From Patescibacteria group bacterium (GTDB lineage Bacteria; Patescibacteriota; Microgenomatia; Daviesbacterales; UBA10151): a stretch of 64,000 nucleotides of DNA. The notes beneath the pieces were generated by a model, which saw only the letters and a program-made list of their open reading frames with translations, made no database searches and had not been told where the DNA came from. Where the stretch lies: assembly GCA_023379125.1 (NCBI GenBank), contig JAMCSY010000004.1, positions 58,479 through 122,478 on the forward strand. The letters run 5' to 3'. Shown here in pieces: positions 18,822-27,952 of the stretch. The position numbers and the translations under genes are program-made. The first letter of the stretch is position 1; the number at the start of each line of letters is the position of its first letter.

Positions 18822-19232
18822 TTAGCCAACGACCACTTTCACCAAAATTATGGGAGGTTGAAAATTGTGCAAAGCATCTAAAAGTTGGTGAATTGGCTCT
18901 AACTGCTGATTACTGTCCCATTCACGACTTGTCATAAAATCACCATAAACCTCAACTTTGTGTGCCAGCGGAGCAGTCTGTGGTAATGCCTTTGGCCTAG
19001 TACGTGTTCGCCATTTAAACTCATTATCAAGATCATGGATGATGTTTTTATCAATTAGCTCATCTGCCCGATCAAGTACAGTTTTTTCAAACGAACGTCT
19101 TTGCTCCCCAATGACTGGGACTCTCCAAAAAAATCTCAGTAGCACATCATCCAGACTACCCTCAATAGACCATTCTATGGTAAATGGATGGCGTTTAGGT
19201 TGTGTGAGTTGAGGATCTAATTCTGTAGACAC
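18822..19232 (-). CDS. Hypothetical protein; its 3' end lies in 45-bp repeat copy 2
   Basis: 136-aa ORF ending ...NFQPPIILVKVVVG. Confidence 0.45.
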   Translation of the reverse strand: MSTELDPQLTQPKRHPFTIEWSIEGSLDDVLLRFFWRVPVIGEQRRSFEKTVLDRADELIDKNIIHDLDNEFKWRTRTRPKALPQTAPLAHKVEVYGDFMTSREWDSNQQLEPIHQLLDALHNFQPPIILVKVVVG

Positions 19233-19357
19233 AGTAGGGCTAAATATAGCACCACTATAAGATTATTTCAATTTGAACACTGGATTTTTAGACCTGGCTA
19301 TAATTATCAAACTAACTTTTACCCCATCGTAATATTGACATTGAGAATAGCTGACAT

Positions 19358-19525
19358 ATGATAAAAGTAATGGTCAGAGGTAACTTTATTGGCGCCGCAA
19401 TTGTGGCCATAATATATACAATTTATATTTTAATGAGGCCTCTACCCACCAGAGCGGAAACCATTATTGCCTTGATTGTCCTGAATGCTTTAACCATTGT
19501 GCTAATATCTTTTGCTTTCAAGTAA
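19358..19525 (+). CDS. Possible small membrane protein (55 aa), absent from the ORF track
   Basis: ATG at 19358; two hydrophobic helices (MIKVMVRGNFIGAAIVAIIYTIYILMRP...IVLISFAFK). Confidence 0.25.
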   Translation: MIKVMVRGNFIGAAIVAIIYTIYILMRPLPTRAETIIALIVLNALTIVLISFAFK

Positions 19526-19578
19526 GCCTCGGTAAGTTGCCAGTTTGCAATTTTTCTTTTAGTCAAATCTGTTTGTGC

Positions 19579-19896
19579 TTAATTACTGCCAGAGTTTTTT
19601 TGGCGTTTACTGAGCACATATTGTACTGAGGGACTGATTGGCTTATCTGTCCGGTGAATACAACCAATCCAGCAACAAGGTCTGCGCATGCCTTCTTTGA
19701 GCTCCGCAATAACCCTTTTGACATGCTCATCTCTGGTTTTTTGCTGTTGAACGGAGATTGTCCAGCAAATCCATTCATTGCGCGCAAGCGGGGTCAAGCT
19801 TTCCCAAATTGCTAATGCTTTTGCATCAGCAACCAAAGCTTTGCTTAAATCCTCTGGAATTTCATGCACTACTCCCCCTGAAACACTTTTAGTCAT
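19579..19896 (-). CDS. YdeI/OmdA-like (bacteriocin-protection) domain protein
   Basis: DLSKALVADAKALAIWESLTPLARNEWICWTISVQQQKTRDEHVKRV resembles PF13376. Confidence 0.5.
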   Translation of the reverse strand: MTKSVSGGVVHEIPEDLSKALVADAKALAIWESLTPLARNEWICWTISVQQQKTRDEHVKRVIAELKEGMRRPCCWIGCIHRTDKPISPSVQYVLSKRQKNSGSN

Positions 19897-19980
19897 GGAG
19901 ATATTTTACCACTGTCCTAACTCTCAGCACAGAATACAAAAATCTGAAGCTAAATTAGCTTAACTCCTTAAATAGGTTAG

Positions 19981-20304
19981 TCATTCAATTTTTCTCTTTT
20001 CATTGTCTAGTTTAATTGCCATTGCCAGTACCAAAAGTGCATTCCTCACTCTTGGACTATTTCCACCACCAAAGCTAGAACGAAATCTTAATAAATCTCC
20101 GGGCATTTCAGTAATAGTATTGACCCAAACATCACCTGCTACAGAATCAATCAGGACACTGAGCTGACCCACAGAAGATCCATCATGATCATCATGCAAA
20201 CGCGAATAAGTAGTATCAGTTTCTAATTCTTGAGGCCAAAATGGAGTTTCCAAAATTCTGTGGATGGCCTGAATCATTTCCTCTCTATCTAGCTCCCTGG
20301 ACAT
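19981..20304 (-). CDS. Hypothetical protein
   Basis: 107-aa ORF. Confidence 0.4.
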   Translation of the reverse strand: MSRELDREEMIQAIHRILETPFWPQELETDTTYSRLHDDHDGSSVGQLSVLIDSVAGDVWVNTITEMPGDLLRFRSSFGGGNSPRVRNALLVLAMAIKLDNEKRKIE

Positions 20305-20341
20305 AGCGCAATTCTATCATAACCGAACAGGCAGGAAGAGT

Positions 20342-20785
20342 TTATTTGTGTGAATTAACAGCTTTCCAGGTTCTAAAATCAATTCCAGGATGCTGTTCGG
20401 CTGTTTCTTGCCACTGCCTCCACTCTACTTGGGTAGCTGTTACTACTGCATTTAGTCTTGTTCCTAACACTGTAGATTCTCCATAAAATCCACCTTCCCC
20501 CCTCCAACCTCCTGTTCTGCCTGGGGTAAAGGGAACTGAATATTCATTGTCAAATAGATTAAAACATTTAATCTCTAATACTTCACCTTGCTCATCAAAC
20601 TCTACTCGTAAAGCAACCTCACCATTAAAGACAGTACCGTCATACTGCTCTCTTAATAATTGGGGAGTAATACTTAAATCTTTAGGGATTGGGTCATATA
20701 ATCGAGGTCTCGAGGGAATCTGCTCCCCATTAGGTCTTTCTGCTGACATAAAGGTAATTTTAGCAGACTTGAAGTTAAAAAACAA
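20342..20785 (-). CDS. Hypothetical protein
   Basis: 147-aa ORF. Confidence 0.45.
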   Translation of the reverse strand: MFFNFKSAKITFMSAERPNGEQIPSRPRLYDPIPKDLSITPQLLREQYDGTVFNGEVALRVEFDEQGEVLEIKCFNLFDNEYSVPFTPGRTGGWRGEGGFYGESTVLGTRLNAVVTATQVEWRQWQETAEQHPGIDFRTWKAVNSHK

Positions 20786-20976
20786 ACTATAAGCCTTAGC
20801 TCGAAGATTGTAACGTTAATATAACCAGTCAATTTTTGCGCATATTCAAAGTTTTCGAAGATTTTAGGTTTAGTAGTCAACTACGAGGAGAAATGGAAAA
20901 AGTACGGCCAACAATAGTTATCGCACACCGAAAAGTGTCTTTACTCATTGCACCGCTTTAAGTAGTATTAAATAGG

Positions 20977-21636
20977 ATGATAAAAAGCAGCGATAAACAA
21001 ATTTCAATTGCGGGATTTTTAGGAGTATTCATTTTTATAATCTCAATATTTGTTGCGACAAAATACTCCCACTCATTTCAAAACTGGTATACCACAAATG
21101 AATTTTTTGATTGGCACAATATGGCGATCAGCCACATTGGGGTAAGCAATCTTGCTATTCCTTTTACGATAATCGTCTGCCTTGTTAGCTTGCTGATAAT
21201 CTATTTCATAACTGGTGTCAAAAAACATTATAAAAACAAAGGATTGTTAAAACATGGAACATCTTGGATCATTACTGGATTTATTGCCTTAATGTTAGCT
21301 TTTATATTCCTGCTATATAAGCCAAATTCCACCATGTCAATTGCGATTCATTTCTTGTTTGCAATAGTTTACTTTACTAGTATTCCAGTCGGAATAGTAA
21401 TGATAGGGATCCATTTTGTTAAAAAAAGGCAAGCATATCTTGGATATTCCTCTTTGATATTGGGGATTTTGGCATTTATATTTGGCCCAATAATTTGTAT
21501 GGGCTCAAGCATTTTGTTCGGAGATAAAGGTGTGGCAATACCAGAATTTATACAGATTGTTTGTGAGGATCTTTGGATAACGCTTCTTGGAATTGATATT
21601 CTTAAAAACAAGAAAGTGCCTCTAGAAATCTCATAA
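20977..21636 (+). CDS. Integral membrane protein
   Basis: 219 aa with six TM helices. Confidence 0.45.
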   Translation: MIKSSDKQISIAGFLGVFIFIISIFVATKYSHSFQNWYTTNEFFDWHNMAISHIGVSNLAIPFTIIVCLVSLLIIYFITGVKKHYKNKGLLKHGTSWIITGFIALMLAFIFLLYKPNSTMSIAIHFLFAIVYFTSIPVGIVMIGIHFVKKRQAYLGYSSLILGILAFIFGPIICMGSSILFGDKGVAIPEFIQIVCEDLWITLLGIDILKNKKVPLEIS

Positions 21637-21874
21637 ACATCAGTTCAAGTAAAGCAACAAATCCCAACCCAAATGCAGGTTATATTAAGTATTTAATAGG
21701 TTTACAATTCAAGTCTAATTTATCTTTGCTCCGCGAGTCTAGAATTAGTATAAGCGATAAAGTTATTGATGCTCTAGAGAACTTAAAGTATATTGGAGAA
21801 TTAAGACAGAGGTGGCTGGAAATTAAAAGATTGCAAAGCGTAAGTTCTTTAACAATTTAGTTTTTACCAAGCCA

Positions 21875-22102
21875 CTATCTGTTGAGTTTATTTAATCCAG
21901 CATAATATCCTGCAAAAAAGAGAAGAATACCCATCAGTACAAGTGGCAGAACAATAAAAAGTGGTCTAACTTGCGGGGTTGCTGCAAGGGGCGCAGTAGA
22001 AGCTGCTGAAACAGAAGCGAGAACAGTTAGAATAATTGATTTGCGCTTATTATCCATACAGTTATTTTTATCTGTTTTTCTAATTATAGAACTTCTTTGC
22101 AA
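21875..22102 (-). CDS. Small membrane protein
   Basis: 75 aa with two TM helices. Confidence 0.3.
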   Translation of the reverse strand: MQRSSIIRKTDKNNCMDNKRKSIILTVLASVSAASTAPLAATPQVRPLFIVLPLVLMGILLFFAGYYAGLNKLNR

Positions 22103-22143
22103 GAAGCGAAAGTTGTAATAAAAGGAGTTAATGGGGTATTAGA

Positions 22144-22515
22144 CTATTTAAAATTTTTCCAAACTGGCTTTATTGCTAAATATAAAATTCCAAACATAAT
22201 AACGTTTACCAATAGAACCATTGACATACTTATAATTATTTGGCTTATATTGGATACAATGTAAAATTCATTAATTCCCGTTATGAGAAAAATTACAATT
22301 GCTGAGGATAGTAAGAATGGAACTCCTCTCTTTCTCCATCTAAGTAGCTGGACTACCGCAAATATTTGCAAAAAGCCAGCAGCAATCCCAATAAGACTAA
22401 TGTAGTTTTTAGTAAGACGTATCATAGGAAGATATGTGAGAGAATCGACCGTAAGTGCGACAGATAATAGAAGCATTACGATGAGCCATATTGTTAGAAA
22501 TTTTGGTCTTTTCAT
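22144..22515 (-). CDS. Small membrane protein
   Basis: 123 aa with four TM helices. Confidence 0.4.
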   Translation of the reverse strand: MKRPKFLTIWLIVMLLLSVALTVDSLTYLPMIRLTKNYISLIGIAAGFLQIFAVVQLLRWRKRGVPFLLSSAIVIFLITGINEFYIVSNISQIIISMSMVLLVNVIMFGILYLAIKPVWKNFK

Positions 22516-22516
22516 T

Positions 22517-22960
22517 TTATTTTTCTACAATTTCCCTCACAATTTTACCAATAAGCTCAAACGGAAATGGTTTGTCTAGTGGGAAATGAAAAGATGCCCT
22601 GGTAACTTGGTAGTCTTTTAACAGTTCCAATGATTTTCCTGCACGAGTTGGGGGTAAGTAAACGGCAATATAATTTTTAGATAAGCCAAAGTATATTAAT
22701 CGACTTTTAAAACCAGAACCGCCATATTCATAAAATGGCATACCATAGCTAATTTTTTCATGGGCTTTTGGCGCTGCTTTTATTATTTCTTGGCGAAGTT
22801 TAGTTAATGTTGCTTGAATTTCCTTAGGCGCCTGGGTAATATAAGAATCCACATCTTTTGGTATTTGCTTATTTTTCATTATAGTAAAAGTATAACAAAA
22901 AGTTATAATAAACTGCTGGAAGGGTGTCTGAAATAGCCTAATTATAATGCTCCACCTCAT
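22517..22960 (-). CDS. DUF1801/YdhG-like protein
   Basis: VDSYITQAPKEIQATLTKLRQEIIKAAPKAHEKISYGMPFYEYGG matches the YdhG-like family. Confidence 0.55.
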   Translation of the reverse strand: MRWSIIIRLFQTPFQQFIITFCYTFTIMKNKQIPKDVDSYITQAPKEIQATLTKLRQEIIKAAPKAHEKISYGMPFYEYGGSGFKSRLIYFGLSKNYIAVYLPPTRAGKSLELLKDYQVTRASFHFPLDKPFPFELIGKIVREIVEK

Positions 22961-22983
22961 GGATAACGTGCGAACCTATTATC

Positions 22984-23730
22984 TCACTGCTTAATAAAAT
23001 TATTACTTTTTCCCAAGTTACACTCTTCGCATAGTGTTTGTAAATTCTCTATTGTGCTTTTACCTCCTTTTGAAAAAGGAATCATATGGTCAATGTGAAG
23101 TTTGGTACCTATATCTGTAGCTGGGCTTTTTCCACAAAATACACATCTAAATTGATCTCGCGACAACACTTTTAATCTTAGACTTAAAGATATTGTTCTT
23201 GAATCAGAGGAGCTCCGTACGTATTCTCTTTCCATACCCCCAACCTGTTTAACTTCTTTAGTAAGTTCACTTTTATTATTGTCATCTGAAACAGTTACGT
23301 TCCCTGATTTTGATTCGATAAATTTGAGACAAGCATTTTGCCAACTACCGAAATGTCGAGGATAAGTATCGTAGCTTATTTTATAATCACTCCCAAGCCA
23401 CTCATCTTTAGATGGTTGATGACCGATTTTTATCCATATGCGTTCCATCTCGCCGAAAAGTTCTTTATCTGAATAGCTAGTTCTTCTCGACGTAAGTTTA
23501 AAATCTATTCCTTTACTATGTAAATGTTTCACTAGGAAATTCATGGCATTTTGCCAAGAGCCAAATTCTCGATAAACGGTATAACTACTAATAGACGCTA
23601 CCTTATCAAAGTCGTCTTGCCTGAAGTCGGTATAATTATTATTCCTTGCAACAGTTTCGAGTTCGGAAATAATACGATCCCTTTTTATTTTGCTTCCCTG
23701 ATATTTCCTTAATTCAAATTTGAAACTCAT
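22984..23730 (-). CDS. HNH endonuclease with two N-terminal homing-endonuclease-associated repeats
   Basis: C-terminal CVFCGK...HIDHMIPFSKGG...NLQTLCEECN HNH motif; a duplicated ...FGSWQNA... repeat in the N-terminal half. Confidence 0.7.
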   Translation of the reverse strand: MSFKFELRKYQGSKIKRDRIISELETVARNNNYTDFRQDDFDKVASISSYTVYREFGSWQNAMNFLVKHLHSKGIDFKLTSRRTSYSDKELFGEMERIWIKIGHQPSKDEWLGSDYKISYDTYPRHFGSWQNACLKFIESKSGNVTVSDDNNKSELTKEVKQVGGMEREYVRSSSDSRTISLSLRLKVLSRDQFRCVFCGKSPATDIGTKLHIDHMIPFSKGGKSTIENLQTLCEECNLGKSNNFIKQ

Positions 23731-23747
23731 AATAAAATTATTCGATT

Positions 23748-24638
23748 TTAATAGTTTTGAGGCGACTCTACGTAACCATCAAAAATAGCGGCCTCGATCT
23801 CATGCTTCTTTGGGTTATCGTCATCGAACGCATCCTCAACCATCTTTAGATCTAATAACGATTCGTCTTTAACTTTTTCAAAAGCTCCGGCGCTTAAAAA
23901 ATTACCATAAAAGTTTCTCTGGGGATTTACTACATTTTGTTCAAGTTGAATATCGAAATTATTCTTTAAATATTCCGTGATTTTGATATACACTGCTTCC
24001 GCTAGGCCATTATAAAGCTGTTGATTCTGAATATTACCGTGAATTAGTTTATGGCGTAAGCCAGTGCCATAGAGATAGAGTTTATCGTATAGCTCATTGC
24101 CTAAAATTGCTTTTAAAGCATTTTGATCTGTTCTCACTCTACCGTTTGCTCTAATCTCTCCTGCAAATCCTTCAGCAGCTCCAAGAAGCATCGTTAATCG
24201 AGTGATCGCCGTCATAGAATTTGCAGCTTCCATAATATAAAAGAGACCGTTTTTGTTAGGAATAGATTGAAATTTGGGCAACTGTTCGATCTCTTGTGTG
24301 TCAAAATGAAGCCCTGTGTGGCTAACTCCCTTGACGTAGTATATATAAATAATATTTTCAGGATTATGAGTTTTTTTAAATATGAAATAACTATTTGCAG
24401 CTAAACGGAACGCGCATTGAGATACCACTGAAAACTTTTCTACCTCAGGAATTAGCTCTGTAATAAACTTATACCTTGCTTCACCGGCATTATTGGCGCT
24501 TATGATTTTCGACGCAACCCACGCATCACAATTCCACCATTCGTTAGTGTAGGAACTGAAGTTATATCCTCCTGAGTTAAATCCCTGAATAAGTTCGGCT
24601 ACAGTTGCAATTTTATAGCTGATAAGATAATCGTTCAT
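23748..24638 (-). CDS. Hypothetical protein, middle gene of a four-gene operon
   Basis: 296 aa; start/stop overlap with the upstream gene (ATGA at 24638). Confidence 0.5.
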   Translation of the reverse strand: MNDYLISYKIATVAELIQGFNSGGYNFSSYTNEWWNCDAWVASKIISANNAGEARYKFITELIPEVEKFSVVSQCAFRLAANSYFIFKKTHNPENIIYIYYVKGVSHTGLHFDTQEIEQLPKFQSIPNKNGLFYIMEAANSMTAITRLTMLLGAAEGFAGEIRANGRVRTDQNALKAILGNELYDKLYLYGTGLRHKLIHGNIQNQQLYNGLAEAVYIKITEYLKNNFDIQLEQNVVNPQRNFYGNFLSAGAFEKVKDESLLDLKMVEDAFDDDNPKKHEIEAAIFDGYVESPQNY

Positions 24639-26089
24639 TATTTTTGTTTTCGATACAACTCTTCGTTTACAATTACTCCGTCATCTGTTTTTTGAATGTA
24701 CGGTTCGTGATGAGAGTCAGGGACGAAACCAAATCCTGAAGCATAAATGTCTTGGATAATAGATCCAGCAATCTTTTCTGATTTAATTAAATCCTCGGTA
24801 TCATAAGGTCCAAACTGCCAATTATCCTTTTTCTGAGTACCGACATTTGAACGAATAAAATTATTTACGGTCAATACAAGCGAGTATTTGCCTCCATTTT
24901 TCGTTATAAATCCAATTTCCACATCATAAGATAATCGTTCTTTATCAATGATCCCAGCATTAATTAATGCCTTGATAAATAAAAAGAAACTATTCACATA
25001 TTCAACAAAAGCAAAGGCGTTTAATAATTTTTTACCCTCATTCTTCTCGTCGTCTTGAAGACCCCAATCAAGAAACTCTTGTATATTAGCTCCTGCAGCA
25101 ACAATCCCATTTTTCGTAACTTTAAGTATCTTCCTATTACCGTTCATAACCTCCCAACTGTTTCCCTCGGGTTGAGGATATTCACTGTAGGCAACACTTA
25201 AATCCCAACCCATATTCCTTAATATGGGCGGATTCTTCATATGGTGATATATCGATCCATCTGACTTATCCCAGAAGTTATTGAGAGTTACCCCTCTTGT
25301 GGGAGTAGCAACCATATAAAAGACATCTGCCTCGGCATCAAGTTTATTGATAAATTCCTCGACTATTCTTTTTTTTTGTTCTACGTCTGGAGGTTGAATC
25401 GCGGATTTAGTCTGAGATTCCTCTATCCGATCCGCTATTGCAGATAGTCGACTTATTTGATTTTCAACACTTACGTTAGTCATGGAACCCGATAAAACAC
25501 CGGCCACATATTCTTGAAACTTGTGGGCGTCGACTAGTTGAATGTTTTTTGCGCCATCTCGAGTATATATTCCATAAACCTGCCCTTTAAGTACAATCTC
25601 TTCTTTTGGATTCCATTGGTCTTGAGGAATGATGAAGGGGTATAAGCCCATATCTTTGGCGTTGGGTATCTTAATCCACAACACTTCTTTATCTTTACTC
25701 ACAAACCCCGATGCAATCTTTTCTCTGGGAAAACGAGGTACTAAACCATCAGACAGTATATCCAGCCACCGTTCAATATCTAAAGCTTTTGCTTCTATTC
25801 CACAAACAGATTTTACATACTCAACCTGTCTGCCTTTAACGGTATCGGGAACCAAACCAATTAGCAAATATCCACCCCCGCTATTGGAGATTGAGGAAAT
25901 ATCCTTTAATAGCTCTGTTCTGGATTTATATTTAGCCCAGTCTTTTCCTGATTTTTCTTCTTCGAAGTAGGGTTTTTCTCGAAACTCGAAATAAGAAGTT
26001 TCTAACGCACCAATAAAAAGGCTCGGGTCATTATTCTTAATTATTTCCTCTATCTCTTGGATAGATAGAAGCTTCGTTGTAACTTCCAT
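24638..26089 (-). CDS. Protein with an N-terminal AlbA_2/Schlafen-like (divergent-AAA) DNA-binding domain and no P-loop
   Basis: The N-terminal ~100 aa (IQEIEEII...ELLKDISSISNSGGGYLLIGLVPDT) match the PF04326 pattern; there is no Walker A anywhere in the 483 aa. Confidence 0.5.
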   Translation of the reverse strand: MEVTTKLLSIQEIEEIIKNNDPSLFIGALETSYFEFREKPYFEEEKSGKDWAKYKSRTELLKDISSISNSGGGYLLIGLVPDTVKGRQVEYVKSVCGIEAKALDIERWLDILSDGLVPRFPREKIASGFVSKDKEVLWIKIPNAKDMGLYPFIIPQDQWNPKEEIVLKGQVYGIYTRDGAKNIQLVDAHKFQEYVAGVLSGSMTNVSVENQISRLSAIADRIEESQTKSAIQPPDVEQKKRIVEEFINKLDAEADVFYMVATPTRGVTLNNFWDKSDGSIYHHMKNPPILRNMGWDLSVAYSEYPQPEGNSWEVMNGNRKILKVTKNGIVAAGANIQEFLDWGLQDDEKNEGKKLLNAFAFVEYVNSFFLFIKALINAGIIDKERLSYDVEIGFITKNGGKYSLVLTVNNFIRSNVGTQKKDNWQFGPYDTEDLIKSEKIAGSIIQDIYASGFGFVPDSHHEPYIQKTDDGVIVNEELYRKQK

Positions 26090-26097
26090 AGTTCATA

Positions 26098-26361
26098 TCA
26101 AAAGGGCAGAAGCTTCCCCGCACTCACGTTGAGAGCTTTAGCAAGCTTATAGAGATTAATAAGAGATGGGTTCCTTACTCCTCTCTCAATTTGCCCAATA
26201 TAGGTAAAGTGCATACCGGCTTTATCGGCTAGCTCTTCCTGGGTCCACTCCTTTTCTTGCCTAAGTTTCCTTAGGTTTTGGCCAAAGGCCTTACGTATAT
26301 CTATCATACCCAATAAAACTACAAAAATGAAGACGATGTATCCAGAGACGATAAGTCTCAA
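26098..26361 (-). CDS. XRE-family HTH transcriptional regulator (true start probably at the internal Met near 26307)
   Basis: LRKLRQEKEWTQEELADKAGMHFTYIGQIERGVRNPSLINLYKLAKALNVSAGKL; its stop is 8 bp from the downstream gene. Confidence 0.75.
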   Translation of the reverse strand: MRLIVSGYIVFIFVVLLGMIDIRKAFGQNLRKLRQEKEWTQEELADKAGMHFTYIGQIERGVRNPSLINLYKLAKALNVSAGKLLPF

Positions 26362-26396
26362 TTTTGTTATAATGGGTTATTGGAAGGAGGTGTTAT

Positions 26397-26681
26397 ATGA
26401 ACACACTATTAAAAACAAGATGCACTAAAGGTCATTTAGTTATATATGAGGATCGCGTAGCCATAGAGCTAAACGGTCTTGGTTTTAGCAATACGAACTC
26501 TCTTACTTATAAGCAAATAACCGGCGTTGAAGTTAAGACCACGATGGCTAAAATCCCAATTCTCTCTAAAGGAGCTGCTACCATAAAAGTGTATGCTACC
26601 GGCGATCAAAAATTGGAAGCCTCTTTTGTAACGTTAGATGATGCTAAAAGGGCTGAAGAACTTATAAGGCAGCGCATATAA
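26397..26681 (+). CDS. Hypothetical small protein, divergent from the XRE regulator
   Basis: 94-aa ORF with a GGAGGT RBS 8 bp upstream. Confidence 0.45.
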   Translation: MNTLLKTRCTKGHLVIYEDRVAIELNGLGFSNTNSLTYKQITGVEVKTTMAKIPILSKGAATIKVYATGDQKLEASFVTLDDAKRAEELIRQRI

Positions 26682-26695
26682 AGTGATACAACATG

Positions 26696-26711
26696 TGCGA
26701 CACGTGTCGCA
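26696..26711. promoter_or_regulatory. Perfect 16-bp palindrome (TGCGACACGTGTCGCA), likely an operator
   Basis: Perfect inverted repeat. The 8-bp palindrome ATCGCGAT at 26714-26721 follows, placed just before a sigma-70-like promoter. Confidence 0.5.
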
Positions 26712-26736
26712 TTTATCGCGATAATACGGTCTATTC

Positions 26737-26765
26737 TTGACATTACTTACTTTAATTGTTAATCT
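26737..26765 (+). promoter_or_regulatory. Sigma-70-type promoter
   Basis: TTGACA, a 17-bp spacer, then TAATCT. Confidence 0.45.
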
Positions 26766-26897
26766 GAATATATATTAGCCCAGTCGCCCAGTGATATAGG
26801 CGCATACGAGGCACAAACCGAATCTCATTAGTCTTTTGACTGTTTGAGAACGGATATCACATAAGTTGATATTCGTTTCTTGGCAGTCTTTTTTTAT

Positions 26898-26923
26898 GGC
26901 ACCCAAGAAGCGGGTGCCTTTTT
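26898..26923 (+). terminator. Rho-independent terminator-like hairpin
   Basis: GGCACCC-aagaagc-GGGTGCC followed by TTTTT; the next ATG is 3 bp after it. Confidence 0.5.
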
Positions 26924-26926
26924 AGT

Positions 26927-27139
26927 ATGGAAATGAAGACTAATACACAACTACCGATATCTAATAGCCGACTTAGGTTATCTCCTAAAGCTATATCCGA
27001 TTTTCAACAAGCTTTTTTTGAAGAATACGGCATAAGAATCTCCGAACAAGAAGCTAATACTTGCGGTTTAAGGCTCCTTAGATTAGTCAAACCTGTTTAT
27101 AAACCCATTCCAGTCAAAAGTTATGGAAAATCCAAGTAG
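26927..27139 (+). CDS. Hypothetical small protein
   Basis: 70-aa ORF. Confidence 0.35.
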   Translation: MEMKTNTQLPISNSRLRLSPKAISDFQQAFFEEYGIRISEQEANTCGLRLLRLVKPVYKPIPVKSYGKSK

Positions 27140-27365
27140 CACTTATCGAACAAAAGATCTGTATCTTGCTTCCTATCTATTTTCGGAAGGAATCGAGTTA
27201 TCGGGATCAGACAGAGTCGGATCAGTATATTGGTTCGTCTTTGCAAATAAAGTTGAATGCGAACGCCTAGCAAATCTCTACTGGACAGATCGAGCCAACT
27301 CGAAAATTAAGTCGTTTGTAGAAGCCATACGGTCTTTGAAGGACATTATTTTCGCTAAACCTTAA
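27123..27365 (+). CDS. Small phage/mobile-element-type protein; paralog of the 40823 ORF
   Basis: KDLYLASYLFSEGIELSGSDR...VYWFVF...LKDIIF aligns with DSYLLACYLLSESCQLVSIDR...MVFIFQ...LKAMIY at 40823-41068. Confidence 0.5.
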   Translation: MENPSSTYRTKDLYLASYLFSEGIELSGSDRVGSVYWFVFANKVECERLANLYWTDRANSKIKSFVEAIRSLKDIIFAKP

Positions 27366-27378
27366 TCAGACTAATGAG

Positions 27379-27825
27379 ATGAATATGGACAACATGGATA
27401 GAAACAAGCTAATTGAACGTTATAGACAGCGTTCAGAAGCAAATAAAGGAATTGAAAATCATTTTTTATGGACAAGGGTCAATTTTTCGACCGCAAGAGA
27501 TGGTCATATCCGAAAGCTTGGAGCAAACGCGTTTGCAGTCTTTATGGTAATTCGTACTTATATGGATAAAGAAAAAATCGCTTATCCGTCGCTTGCACGA
27601 ATAGCTTATCAGTCAAACTTAAGTGTTCGAACGGTAGAAAAAGCATTAAATAAGCTCGTCGACGAGGGTTGGATTAAAAAGGTAGGCAGAATGATCGATA
27701 AAGGTAAGTTCGGAAATACAAGATATCTAATACTCCAACATGATCTTATAAGAGGGACTGATGACCCGAGTTTTATGAGTAAGCCAATAGCAAATATTGC
27801 CAATGGTAATCAAGGCAACCAATAG
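27379..27825 (+). CDS. Winged-helix DNA-binding protein (replication-initiator/DnaD-like HTH)
   Basis: SLARIAYQSNLSVRTVEKALNKLVDEGWIKKV looks like a winged-helix motif. Confidence 0.4.
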   Translation: MNMDNMDRNKLIERYRQRSEANKGIENHFLWTRVNFSTARDGHIRKLGANAFAVFMVIRTYMDKEKIAYPSLARIAYQSNLSVRTVEKALNKLVDEGWIKKVGRMIDKGKFGNTRYLILQHDLIRGTDDPSFMSKPIANIANGNQGNQ

Positions 27826-27952
27826 CAAAAAACCAACTATGGATAAATACCAAGTAAGTATTATCTATGTTTTAAGAACTATTAATAAGAATAATTGTTT
27901 TATATATAAAAAGAAGAAAAGTTTACAAAATTGACACTATAAAAAAAGAGAT

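Noticed and set aside
24638-26089. Septu-like (ATPase plus HNH) defence system
   Set aside because: The large protein has no Walker A/B motifs, so the PtuA-type ATPase is absent. Only the HNH partner resembles Septu.
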